A DNA stretch of 60,681 nucleotides, counting the filler, from Nemertoderma westbladi (Eukaryota > Animalia > Xenacoelomorpha), in the NCBI GenBank assembly GCA_032718475.1. It is 3 parts of 3 records of this genome, joined end to end, with 100 filler letters (N's around TTAATTAATTAA, not from the genome) between each part and the next. Parts side by side here need not be neighbours in the genome. Positions count along the whole stretch, not along the records: positions 1 to 19,555 come from JAUCBJ010005128.1; positions 19,656 to 41,234 come from JAUCBJ010005392.1; 1 more part is not named here. One strand, given 5' to 3'. The notes beneath the pieces were generated by a model. The model was not told the origin of the DNA, searched no databases, and saw only the letters and a list, made by a program, of their open reading frames with translations. Every line of letters starts with the position of its first letter. Positions within the stretch are counted from its first letter, which is position 1. This document shows, piece by piece, positions 12,083 through 23,713 of this stretch. The position numbers were made by a program, and so were the translations under genes.

Positions 12083-14346
12083 GGCTTCCTGGAAAACATG
12101 CAACAGAGCAACGGCGCAACAGCTCTATAACCAATGGGCAGCATTGGCGCAACAGCGCAACAACCCAGGATTGGTTTATTCATTCCACTCGAATTCCATT
12201 GGCTTGTACATTCTGTTGCGTTCTATGACATTCCATTTCTGTAGAGCCGATGGCGCAAACGAGTACTAAATAAAGCAAGATATTGTACGTTCTAAAAGGG
12301 ATGCGACCTACAGTATAACAATCCTACTACCAATATGGAACTCACTTCCCAGTGACGTTATCGAATCAGTAATGTGTTAAGTCCCTTTGTGACAAACTTA
12401 AAACTTGTAAATTATTAGAATATTGCCATTTCAATAGATTCGATTAATTAGAACGCATGATCATTCATTTATTTTTAGTTTCTACTCAGTATGCATAAAC
12501 TTTTGTCCTTATAAAACATAAAATGTTTTTATAGAAGAGTGAACAGTTATTGATGGCGTGGTTACTTGTAATTATTGCCGTTTCTAATTCAGTGTATTTA
12601 AAAATTTTATAGAAGAGTGAACAGTTATTGATGGCGTGGTTATTTGTAATTATTGACGTTTCTAATTCAGTGTATTTAAAAATAAATTGATATTTGTTTT
12701 ATTATTTTATGTTTTATTTTTATTATTTTAATAAAAAGAGAGTTCAATTCAATTCAATCCAATGCAGAGCTAAATCCGTCCTATACCAAACTATAGTGAT
12801 GCCATAGAGCTATAACGACATATACCGGGCTAATAACGACCTACGCCGTAGAGTGTAGCTTTATTCGAAATATTTCACGATAAACGAGGTGTATTATTTT
12901 GAAGTAATATCCTCTACTGGAATACAATGTACTACAAACTGATAACTTTACTTTACTTACCTAGTAAATTATTACTTAATGTACAGCTTTTTTCGTTTTA
13001 ACTAAAACTAGCGTCAAGTGTGGGGTGGCGTGGACTTTCGATGCAATCAAAATTCATATGTTTCCAAGCTGCCAGGCGAAAGTCGACGCAAATAACGCCT
13101 GATTACTCCCAAAAATAGCAGTGTAACCTGATTGATTGACTTTCGTTTATCGCACTAGCAACACTGCCGAGTGTCCTTAAATGGTAGATTCACCAGTTTC
13201 ATCTGGTGAGTATAGTTCTGGGGAGGGGGGGGGGGGGGGGGGGGGGGGGCTGAAATTAAGTCGTAATACTTTGTCTAATTCCTGGCCTCACGGCCAGGCT
13301 TAAAAATAGGACTTAAAAATACGGTGGTGATTTGCGGCCACATTTACTTTTTCTGATACAATTTAATTACTTTACCTTTTTTCTATCAGCTGTTACAATA
13401 AAACACCTACCAGTACATCTACTGTGGTTCTAGGCCTACTGCAGTTCTGAACATAATTAATAATTAAATTACTTTACCTTTTTCTATCAGCTGTTCCATA
13501 AATTGCTTTACCTTTTTTCTATCAGCTGTTCGTACTGTATAGCTGTATAGTCAGCATGTAGCTGTACCGGTACTGCGCTAGAGAACAACCGTCAACGCAG
13601 CTGATAGAAAAAAGATAAGTAATTGACAAAACAGTTGATAGAAAAAAAGGAAAAGTAATGCAGGAACAATTAATAGAAAAAAGGAAAAGTAATGCAGGAA
13701 CAATTAATAGAAAAAAGGAAAAGTAATGCAGGAACAATTAATAGAAAAAAGGAAAAGTAATGCAGGAACAATTAATAGAAAAAAGGAAAAGTAATGCAGG
13801 AACAATTAATAGAAAAAAGGAAAAGTAATGCAGGAACAATTAATAGAAAAAAGGAAAAGTAATGCAGGAACAATTAATAGAAAAAAGGAAAAGTAATGCA
13901 GGAACAATTAATAGAAAAAAGGAAAAGTAATGCAGGAACAATTAATAGAAAAAAGGAAAAGTAATGCAGGAACAATTAATAGAAAAAAGGAAAAGTAATG
14001 CAGGAACAATTAATAGAAAAAAGGAAAAGTAATGCAGGAACAATTAATAGAAAAAAGGAAAAGAAATCTAGGTTTTTCCACCCCTGTTGCCAACACTACA
14101 GCACTACCTGACAGCCTGACTAATGGCTGTCAGCTGATCAATAACCAGTACTTCTCCTGTTCTCTGCTTGTTGCGCCATCGGCGCTACAGAAATGGAACG
14201 GTCATAGAACGCAACAGAATGTACAAGCCAATGGAATAAGAGTGGAATGTATAAACCAATATTAGGTTGTTGCGCTGTTGCGCCAAGATGTTTATTAGTT
14301 ACAGGGCTGTTGCGCCGTTGCGCTGTTGCGAGTTTTCCTGGAAGCC
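12083..14346. mobile_element. Non-autonomous TIR element with ~175-bp TIRs (MULE- or hAT-like)
   Basis: GGCTTCC...gatggcgcaa (12083-12258) is inverted at 14171-14346. Flanks TTCTGAAT and TTCCGAAT form an 8-bp TSD with one mismatch. Confidence 0.8.
13640..14063 (+). repeat. 34-bp minisatellite, about 12 near-identical copies
   Basis: Unit AGAAAAAAGGAAAAGTAATGCAGGAACAATTAAT. Confidence 0.95.
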
Positions 14347-14936
14347 TTCCGAATTGAGTGTGATAAAGGCCTGTTGGCTGAAATATTTCTCAGTAAACGA
14401 GTAGACCTATAATTTTTTTCTGTCACATTAATTATTGGTCTCTGATTCCGATACTAGTTTAAATTTAATTTTGAAACATGGATTGGTTCACCTCCCGCAT
14501 CCTTGCCCGATGAGTCATAGTTTTTATTTTTGTTTTCATTCTTTAGCTAAAAGCGTGTAATAAAGGTGTCTCAGAGATACTGCACCTGTCGCATTGTATT
14601 TATTCCTTAACCTTATATATATGGCGTCACAAAAGGATCAAATTCATAACAATTACTGTAATAATTTTATTGTTATTGCTATACAATGAATATTATTGCG
14701 GCCATGTAATAATTAATTTTTCTAGAATAGCCTATCGTGGATGTTCTAGGCAAAGACTTGTGTTGTGTTCCCGTCAGGATGTTGATGTTGATGTTTATCA
14801 CTGAAGTACAGGTAGGAAGGTGGCAGCAGATCACCGGTTAATCTGAAAGGTTGAACTCTGCGTGGGGAGGCCATGAAGTGGTAAATTGCGGACATACAAG
14901 GTATCAGGTAGTATTTTTAGGTCTACCTTTTATTTG

Positions 14937-15008
14937 AGCCGCTAGCTGAATGGTTAGAGCGTCAGACTTCCAACCCGGAGGTCACCAGTTCGATTCCATC
15001 TGGACGTA
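14937..15008 (+). mobile_element. tRNA-like SINE head or tRNA pseudogene
   Basis: A-box TAGCTGAATGG and B-box GTTCGATTCC are present, but the anticodon and acceptor stems pair poorly. Confidence 0.55.
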
Positions 15009-15886
15009 ATTGCTGAATTTGCAAAGCTGTGCCCAAACAAAAGTTATAATATTATGTAGTTGGAGTATTGGTTATTATTGGAAGCTAATGACAGATGTCG
15101 AATGAATGAGGATGGGGAAAATGGATGCACTAATAAAGTTGAACCGCACAATGTAAATAGTCGTTATAAATAATATTATAAATAAAATACGACCGTACGC
15201 AATGCGTTGTACGAGGCGATGCACTGCACTGAAGGTTTCTTAATAAAACAATAACCACAGAATCTAGCAACCAATGACAACAAGGTCTTCGTTGATCTAT
15301 TTATTGTGTAGCCTCATGCTTTCTCCTTGGACCCAACCAAATAGTGGCGAAATATGAATAGCTTTAGGTTGAATTCAAACCTGCGCCAGTTACCACTCGT
15401 GTCAAAAAACGAGAGGCGCCTTAAACCATTGGGCCATATTTATTGCCGCATAACACTTGAACATCTTTTAAATATTTTCATGAGAGATCTAATTATTTAC
15501 ATAAGGCCAACACTATAATTTCTAAGTGCTGTTGTAGTGTCGTCGTAGTATTGTTATGATTTATTATTAATAAGATGTTTGATCTGATACATTTAAATTA
15601 TATGCTGTTTGCAGTTTCGTTGATGCAAATTTTGCTCAGTGTGGTATAGCGTATCTCAGGTTTAATTTAGTTACATATTTAGTTTCATTATCTCTGATTG
15701 ATCTTAGTAACAGAGCGGGTTGAATTCTCGAGGGTTCAACTGTCAGGCAAACACTTATATATATATATAAAAAAAACAGTAAAGCAAAATCCGTTAAGTT
15801 AACTTTCGAAATTACAAGTTGGAATCTTGGAAATAAAATAAACCTGAAAAAGTTTTTCTATAATAAAGTGAATGTAATAAACAAAC

Positions 15887-17017
15887 CTGTCTGAGATTGG
15901 CAGCTACTGCTGTGGGTTCGTTAACGAAGACTTTGGCGGGATTCTTCAAGGATACGAGGGCCAACTCCTCAACCTTATCGCTCATAGTGGCCGAGAACAG
16001 CATTGTCTGTCTCCTGCGGGAGCAGCTGGACACGAGCTCCTTCATCTGGGCGGCGAAATACTCGTCCAACATCCGATCGGCCTCATCGAGAACCAGAATC
16101 TCGACGGCGTTGAGATCGAAGTTGGGCGCGTTGTGGAGATGGTCGATCAATCTTCCGGGGGTCGCCACAACTACGTCGGGATTCATTCTAAGGGCGGCCT
16201 CCTGGGTGGCGGAGTCCAAGCCGCCCGCAGCGAGGCAAACTGACAACTCGGTGAACTGGGCGAGACTTCGGGACACCGAGAACACTTGCACGGCGAGTTC
16301 GCGAGTCGGAACGAGTACTAGCACCCGGGTTGCGGATCGGTTACTCGCGTACAACAGACGTTCTAGAACCGGGAGCATAAACGCCGCGGTTTTACCCGAA
16401 CCGGTTCGTGCGCATGCGCAGATATCGCGGCCCTGTAGCGCAATCGGGACGCACGCCGACTGTATGGGCGTGGGCGTCTCGTAACCCATGGCGACGATAG
16501 CCCGTAGCAACGGACGCGATAGATTCATATCGTTAAAACCGCGGTTTATATCGATAGTAACACCGCTATCGGTAACAACTACCGGTTTACTATCAGCAGT
16601 TTCATCAACATCCGGGTCAGTTTTTTTAACTTTTTTTGTCCGCTGTCGAACTTTGTCGAAGTCGGTTGTCGGAACCGAAACATCTTGAGATTTGCGTTTG
16701 TTTCTAACAGAGGATATTTTCTCGTCTAGCAAATTCTTTACAGTTTTATTCGTAGTTCTATCCTCTTTGCCAACCACAAGCTCGCTTGCTTCTTCCCACG
16801 TATCGGCGGCGCTAAAGGAAAACTCAGCATTAAAATGGCCGTCGCCTCGAGTAAAATAAGAGTCTTCTTCATCTTCGAGTTCATCATTATCAGATACTTC
16901 GTTTCCGGTATCTTCTATTGTCGTAATTAAATTGAGAGTTTTTACAATATTTTCCTCCTGATTTTCAGTAATAATCGTATTGCGGTGGACCGATGAGAAT
17001 TTCTTACGAGAAGGCAT
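15887..17017 (-). CDS. DDX27: DEAD-box RNA helicase DDX27/DRS1, first coding exon (N-terminus plus DEAD domain)
   Basis: Q motif FNDMNLSRPLLRA...PTPIQ, ARTGSGKT, PTRELA, TPGRLIDH, DEADRML, FSAT. The protein ends ..NLRQ at the donor CAG/GTTTGT (intron starts at 15886), and the ORF tail beyond it does not look like helicase. Confidence 0.9.
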
Positions 17018-17179
17018 TTTTCTGCATTTCCAATGCGCAATGTGCAGATATGTGGGTCTATTCCTATTGCTGTAATGTACTGCAGTAATGTGCGTGGCGT
17101 GCAGCTTCCAGGGAAAGGCAGAAGATGGAAGGGATGGAACAAAAAGTACAAGTCGAAGTCGTCAGTATGGTAACGGTTA

Positions 17180-17333
17180 GACGCAAATAACAGCTGATTA
17201 GGCCTACTCTCTCAAAAATAAAACTGTAACCTGTTCTATTGTGTTTAGTTTATTGTTTTGGTTAAAATAACGTGCCACTTTAACCTGCTCCTTTCCCTAA
17301 ATTGAGAATTTAACATTGAGGCGGGATATTAAT
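17180..17333 (+). repeat. Dispersed ~150-bp repeat (second copy at 19410-19555; related reverse-strand sequence at 35350-35480)
   Basis: gacgcaaataacagctga...aaaataacgtgccact...tttccctaaattgagaatttaacattgagg occurs twice. Confidence 0.8.
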
Positions 17334-17713
17334 TTGCTAAGGCGGGGTTTTCACCCTGTCTCCGCTACCTACAGTGTGCAATGTGAGGGTAAGGAGTAAA
17401 TCAACGACAGCTTAAGAATTTATCTCTAGCGGAAATTGACCGCAAGTGATATGAAGTTTAGTTTATTGATTTGGTTAGAAGACACCGTCACTGTCACAAG
17501 CTACAGTAGCTTCCCTTAATGTTTTTAAATAATTATCAATTATTTTTATAAACCCTTTAAACACATTTAGTGTTTGCGCCATTGTACTCTTCTGTCCAGT
17601 CTAAAAATAAGTGCAGCAGTCAGTAAGAGTAAGGCTTATTAGGCTATACTGTAGGCCTACTGTACTATATTGTAAACTGCACTTGACTCACTTAAAATAC
17701 TTATATGCCGTGG

Positions 17714-19002
17714 TTGTGGGGCGAGCCACGAAGTTGGCGGAGCCTTAGCGAATTGACACTGTTAGGGGGTGGGTCAATTTATGCAAATAGTTGTCGTCGT
17801 CGTCGTCGTTGTCGTCGTCGTCGTCGTTACGATTTTGACATGCTAGTAACTTTGTCGGATTTAAAGCTGCCAAGTTGAAAATTTGTAGGTATCAATATGA
17901 GCAAAAGTTGAGATTTTTGAGAGACTTTCAGACACCATCAGTGCAATGGTCTCCCGCTAGAGGGCCACATGTCTAAACATTAAATGCCCTCCCATTTCTT
18001 TGCTTTTAATCCGTTTAAGCTGAAACTTGGCAGATATGTATTAGACCATTAGCTGTGACTTTCAAAGGATGCGAATCCATCTGCAGTTCTCCAGTCTGCC
18101 GCTAGAGGGCCAAAGGTCTGAAAGTGAAATCGTTGTCGTCGTTACGATTTTGACATGCTAATAACTTTGTCGGATTTAAAGCTGCCAAGTTGAAAATTTG
18201 TAGGTATCAATATGAGCTAAAGGTAAGATTTTTGAGAGACTTTCAGACACCATCAGTGCAATGGTCTCCCGCTATAGAGGGCCACATGTCTAAACATTAA
18301 ATGCCCTCCCATTTCTTTGCTTTTAATCCGTTTAAGCTGAAACTTGGCAGATATGTATTAGACCATTAGCTGTGACTTTCAAAGGAGGCGAATCCATCTG
18401 CAGTTCTCCAGTCTGCCGCTAGAGGGCCAAATGTCTGAAAGTGAAATCGTTGTCGTCGTTATGATATTGACATGCTTATAACTTTGTCGAATTTAAAGCT
18501 GCCAAGTTGAAAATTTGTTTTGTTGAAAATCAGTTCAACAGTCATCCGCTATAGGACTACTTTATGCCTGAAAGTGAATAGATTCTCCCGTCTCATTGAT
18601 TTTAATCAGTTTAAGCTGAATCTTGCCATATATTCTGGACCACATGCTGCGTCTTTGTGGGGGGGGGGGGGGGGGGGGGGGAGATTTAATCGGTCTGCCG
18701 CTATACGACGAAATTTCTGAAAGTGAGATCCGTCTCTCATTTCGTTATCCGTTATTCAAGATGAAACTTGGCCGATGTACGTATGTACTATTCATCAATA
18801 GGCTGTGTCTTTGTGGGGCTGGAGACCCTAATCCATCTTCAGTTCTCACTATACCGCTAGAGTCAGAAATGTCTGAATAGAAATGAAAGAGGTAAAAAGT
18901 GATTAGGCGAAATCTGCTTAAAATTTGCTAATACAGTAATACTTTCGAATTAGTACTTAAATTAAATTTAAGTCACGTGCTGCGCGAAGGCCCCACTTCG
19001 TG
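17714..19002 (+). mobile_element. Helentron/DINE-1-like element with internal ~316-bp tandem repeats
   Basis: Head shared with 9269; (GTC)n tract at about 17794-17826; repeat starts at 17826, 18141 and 18458; sub-TIR cacgaagt(t)gg pairs with ccacttcgtg (18993-19002). Confidence 0.65.
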
Positions 19003-19555
19003 TAACGTAATGTATGTAGTATTGCATTCAATACTTAAAATAGGTGCAGTATAGTATAATATAATAGTATAATAATATGAGTGATATTATACACTATTGT
19101 ACAATTCAATATACACATTATTATTAATGTTTTAGTATCAACTATAGTCTTTCTTCTTCTTTTACATACACTACACCCGACACCCGCATGCGTAAAAATA
19201 TGATCAAAAATGTTTTATCAAACTGTATTCCTTATAGAGACGCTTTTCTATACGGTAAACTCGACCCGTGGCAAAAAAAACATTGTTTTTATTGTTTTGG
19301 AGTTTGAAGCCCCGCGGAATAAAACCCAATATACTTCCCACAGATAAGGGGAGGGGGGGGGGGGGGGGGACTGGACGCATTAAAATTCCTCCCTCTCGAG
19401 GGGAAATTGGACGCAAATAACAGCTGACTACGAGCAAAAATAAAACTGTAACCTGTTCTATAGTGTTTAGTTTATTGTTTTGGTTAAAATAACGTGCCAC
19501 TGTAACTGCTCCTTTCCCTAAATTGAGAATTTAACATTGAGGCTGGATATTAAAT

Positions 19556-19655
19556 NNNNNNNNNNNNNNNNNNNNNNNNNNNNNNNNNNNNNNNNNNNNT
19601 TAATTAATTAANNNNNNNNNNNNNNNNNNNNNNNNNNNNNNNNNNNNNNNNNNNN
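19556..19655. other. Artificial assembly linker (44 N + TTAATTAATTAA + 44 N)
   Basis: A six-frame stop cassette embedded in Ns; identical structure at 41235-41334. Confidence 0.95.
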
Positions 19656-19657
19656 GT

Positions 19658-19862
19658 CAGGCCATATACCCCTGCAGCCAAGTATATGGGTCCTTAATCC
19701 AGGACCAAGGGCGTCCTTATCCCAGAACGAAGGGGGTCCTAGTTACAGGATCAGATTTGCCCTAGTATAAGGGGTCTATGCAGCTACAGGTGGCACCTCC
19801 TTTATGCTGCATGGAGGTGGCAAGTTTTCTTGATCAATGACCTAGAATACCTGACCTGACCT
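19658..19862 (+). repeat. ~205-bp hairpin-rich dispersed repeat with a (CCTGA)n end, copy 1
   Basis: Near-identical reverse complement at 58533-58736. Confidence 0.9.
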
Positions 19863-21083
19863 GGAAAGTAACTCCTCTGTTAACAGCATCCAAAATAAAT
19901 TGATAAACATCGAGTTCATGAAAATGCAAAAACTTTAAATGTCCAAACTCTTGTAGCCGTGCTAATAGTGTCTCTTCAACAAAAGACTTATCAATTCGCA
20001 AATCCCGACTACAACGTCCTAAATTGAACCTTAAACGCTCAACTGTATCTTTGCAGTGATAGAGAACGTCTTTAAGTTGGTCATAGATAAATTCAGTAGT
20101 ATACAATGCGAAAGTGAAATCACTGAATTTGAAGTTTGTATCAGATGGATTTATCTCACGTTTAATTAAACCCTTTAGTAGCTCCATTGAAATATTTTTA
20201 TTTATAATGATCGAAACCCGAGGTAGGCCTAATACTTTCTGTAAATTTATTAGATCGTCTACTGATATTTTACGACATCCACTTATGTTTAAAGTTCGCA
20301 AACTTCCTAGTTGGTAAAGACAACGAAGTCCCACAAAGGTGACATAGCATACTGGAGGAAAGCACAAGGATACCAGGTTGGGACAGGATTGTACTATAGC
20401 ATTGACTCTGTCAACATTTACGGCCCAGGAATTCATAGTTAGTGTGTTGAGTTGGGGGAATTGAACTTTACCAAATATCCAAGTATCCCCCTTCGTGCCC
20501 TTCATTAGGGCGGTATTGTAGGTCAAAAAAATATCCTCCTCCATCTCTCTCAACCCATGAGACATTGGGCCTAATGGGACCCATCGTAAAAGAATTTGAT
20601 AATTTGATTTTGACAAGAAAAAAATTTGATAATTATATCTTCAGGAAATTTCTCGCCAAACACTTCACCAATACCGGTACCATAGCATAGTTTAACTATG
20701 ATATCTAGGGGAAAGAAACATTGATCTAAGAATATGTCTTTATAGGATTCCATAATGTTGTACAAAGTTATTTCTTGTTGGTTGCGAGGCATTAGGGAGG
20801 GTTGGGCGGGCGGCGGAGGTTGTTCTTTATATAGAAGTTCCAGTTGATAAAATGCCAATAGATAGGAACGCAGTATATATTTTCTCATGACCATACGAAG
20901 TCTGGGTGCAGCCAACGCTAGCCAGTTACAGACTTCATTATTATCGATAGATTTTTTCTGATATTCGGCGGTTACAATTACCTTTGATAATGTCCGGGTG
21001 ACAGCTGTATAACAAATTTCCTGTAATGTTAGGATACGTCCATCCGAGTTGGGAATAACTACTGCGTTATTCACTATATCCAT
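19834..21083 (-). CDS. Intronless BC-box plus Cys-containing LRR protein (candidate Elongin BC/cullin substrate receptor), split by one frameshift
   Basis: ORF 20571-21098 has TLQEICYTAV, matching the BC-box consensus [ST]LxxxCxxx[VIL]. The overlapping ORF 19834-20616 has CPNLVSL and LRTLNISGCRKIS LRRs. The overlap contains an A7 run at about 20617-20623. Confidence 0.55.
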
Positions 21084-21650
21084 GGTTGCGGTAATCACCT
21101 ACGGTACGGACAGACTGTCAGTATGTCGAAGTCGTACCGGTAGCCTAACTATTGTACGGTACTACAGTACTACTACTTGAAAGTTGGAACAGAGTAACTG
21201 ACTGCCGGTCACTGGTCAGGTCAGCTGGTAGCATAATCACCCAACTACTGTACTACTGTACACTCACTTAGCACTTTTTGTTCGAGAAAATCTTTGACCT
21301 GAAATCTTAAAAGATTATAGGGCCTAGATAAATACAAAATACGACAGTTCAATTTTTTTATTATATTAATTTGCATTTGCATCTTTTATTTATGAATATA
21401 CTGTATTTAGCGACAAAAACGTACAAATAAAAGAATATTGCGAATTACAGTACATGGGAAAAAACAAAGAAACATTTTTTAAATATTCTCTCTACTCTCT
21501 CGAGAATAGTGAAAAAGTTATACTTTTCCCAAGGTATACAGTATATGAGTTTATCATGTATTCTCGCTTATTTTCAAATCTGATTGGCTAAACAATAGGG
21601 TGATATAACTGTATATCACCCAGCTAAAGCCAAAATACCCAATGTAACTA

Positions 21651-23713
21651 CAGTCGGGGTCTCAAAGTGCATCTGTTCTTTGAGATTTTCTCAAAGTTTT
21701 TCTAAAAGTGTCTAAAAGTCATTACATTACTCCCAACGGCCGCTTTGAATTCTTGTAGACACTTTTAGTTGGGAATCTCAAAGTGATTTCCTGCTTTTAG
21801 GCACTTTTAATTCTTTGAATTCTTTGAGAAATGTCACTTTGAGGTAGTTTGCGGCACTTTTAATTCTTTGAGAAAATATACTCCGAGGTATTCCTGATTG
21901 ACAGCTCGTGGAAGTTAACTGAGAGGCAGAGGCATTCTCGGGGAACAATATTATGCGGGCAACAAAGTGATACTTGTGTGTTGGCCAGTTGTTGCATAGA
22001 AGTTATATTCCCATTAATTTATCAAATTGAGCTCCTGAGGTCATTACAGGATAGGTTTTCGGTCGCAAGTACAAATTGAATTTACGGCACCCTAAAGTCT
22101 TTCTAAAAAACATTCATTCAAATAATACATGAAACATAATTTGTGAAACAAGATTAATGCTTGACAAGATTGATTATTTTAATAACATAATACAATATCA
22201 GATTAACAATTAATATAAGAGAAACTTCTCTGTAGTTTCTCTGTGTATACGCAGTTTCATTATAATGACCTAAAGAAGCCCTGTTGGGAGAAAGCTTGTA
22301 ATTATTCATTTCATTAGTCACCTCAGGTCAAACCGTACTACCTTTACTGTTTAATTAATATGATAACTATGTTGACGAGAGCGCGAGAATTCCTTCTTAA
22401 AAACTAAGAAAGGCTTTCGACTTTCAAGTACGATAGAACGGCTACACTCTTGTGTTGTTTTAGCTTAATAGAGATATTAAAATATCCCCTGCCGCTGGCG
22501 TTTATATTTGAGCATATTTTAAATGTTTGCCTCATATTCAATTGATGTGTACCGCCTTCTGGCAAAGCGGCACCCAGTTTAAACTATCAATCACAGCTAG
22601 TGAGTAGCGACCCACGGTCGGCGACCTTCAAACAAACAGGTGCAGAGTCGGAAAGAACTGTCACATGCTTTGCTTGGCTTGTGGTACCATTTGATTACAT
22701 AATAGATTTTGGCAGACTGGGCGGTCGCTCTGACCATATGCATTGCGCACCAACAATGCCTAAAACATCTATGGGAACAGCCAATTAGTGCGCTTGAATC
22801 ATTTATCTTTATTCCTGCCTCTATCGTTATTCTTTACTTTGTATAACACAATTTACAGTGCGGCAAAGTATGGCTGGTTGACCATTGGTAAAGGTATTCG
22901 GCGTTCACGTGGGCTAAACAAATTTAAACAGTACAGTTTTAGCACTATACATTAATATAGATAGGGCAACAGACAAACTGTCTATGACACAAATACCAAC
23001 ACATTCCGATAGCCCGCAATTACGGCGTCTCTAAAGAGCCCAAATATAAATTAATAAAATCCTCTATGAAACAATAAAAATTCCTACAAAAAATACTGCT
23101 GTATTAAATATTAGTTACTGCAGTAACATATAACAATTACTGCAGTAACATATAACAATTACTGCAGTAACAAATATTTATTACTGCAGTAATAAATATT
23201 TATTACTGCAGTAATAAATATTTATTACTGCAGTAACAAATATTTATTACTGCAGTAACAAATATTTAATACTGCAATAATCAATATTAATAAATTAATA
23301 AATAATTGAATAAATATTAATACTGCAGTAATCAATATTAATAAATAATTGAATAAAAATTTATACTGCAGTAACAAATTATTTGTTACTGCAGAAAAAG
23401 ACAATTTTTTATTACTGCAGTAAGTTTAATTCTTACTTTCAGTAACAAATATTTATTACTGCAGTATTTTTTGGAGGCATCTTTATTGTTTTATAGAGGT
23501 TTTTATTACTTATATTTTACCCTTTAGTAGTCAAAGTCAATATACCCCATACCATAGCCAGCTTCAGGCAGGACTGTATGAAATGACTGACAGTACTACT
23601 TTGAAATCTTTGAGGACACTTTGTCATTTTCTTGGACCACTTTTAGAAATTTGAGACACTTTTAGTTCTTTGAGAAAATCTCAAAGAACAGATGCACTTT
23701 GAGACCCCGACTG
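21651..23713. mobile_element. Tc1/mariner-type MITE
   Basis: 46-bp TIR CAGTCGGGGTCTCAAAGTGCATCTGTTCTTTGAGATTTTCTCAAAG and its complement at 23668-23713, with TA on both sides. Confidence 0.85.
23040..23520. repeat. Nested fold-back element with a TTACTGCAGTAA minisatellite (~21-bp period)
   Basis: Inverted arms at 23042-23099 and 23458-23517 enclose repeated palindromic ttactgcagtaa units. Confidence 0.7.

Noticed and set aside
14937-15008. Functional tRNA-Gly(TCC); also a minus-strand tRNA-like trace at about 15370-15438
   Set aside because: The stems do not pair properly; better explained as SINE heads or pseudogenes.
15897-16688. Plus-strand ORFs of 195 and 66 aa (likewise 2379-2951, 53480-53902, 54548-56866)
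   Set aside because: Antisense shadows of DDX27 or the LINE ORFs.
19556-19655. TTAATTAATTAA inside N-runs (also at 41235-41334) as a biological motif
   Set aside because: An identical 100-bp six-frame-stop linker, so an assembly artefact; adjacency across these gaps is unproven.
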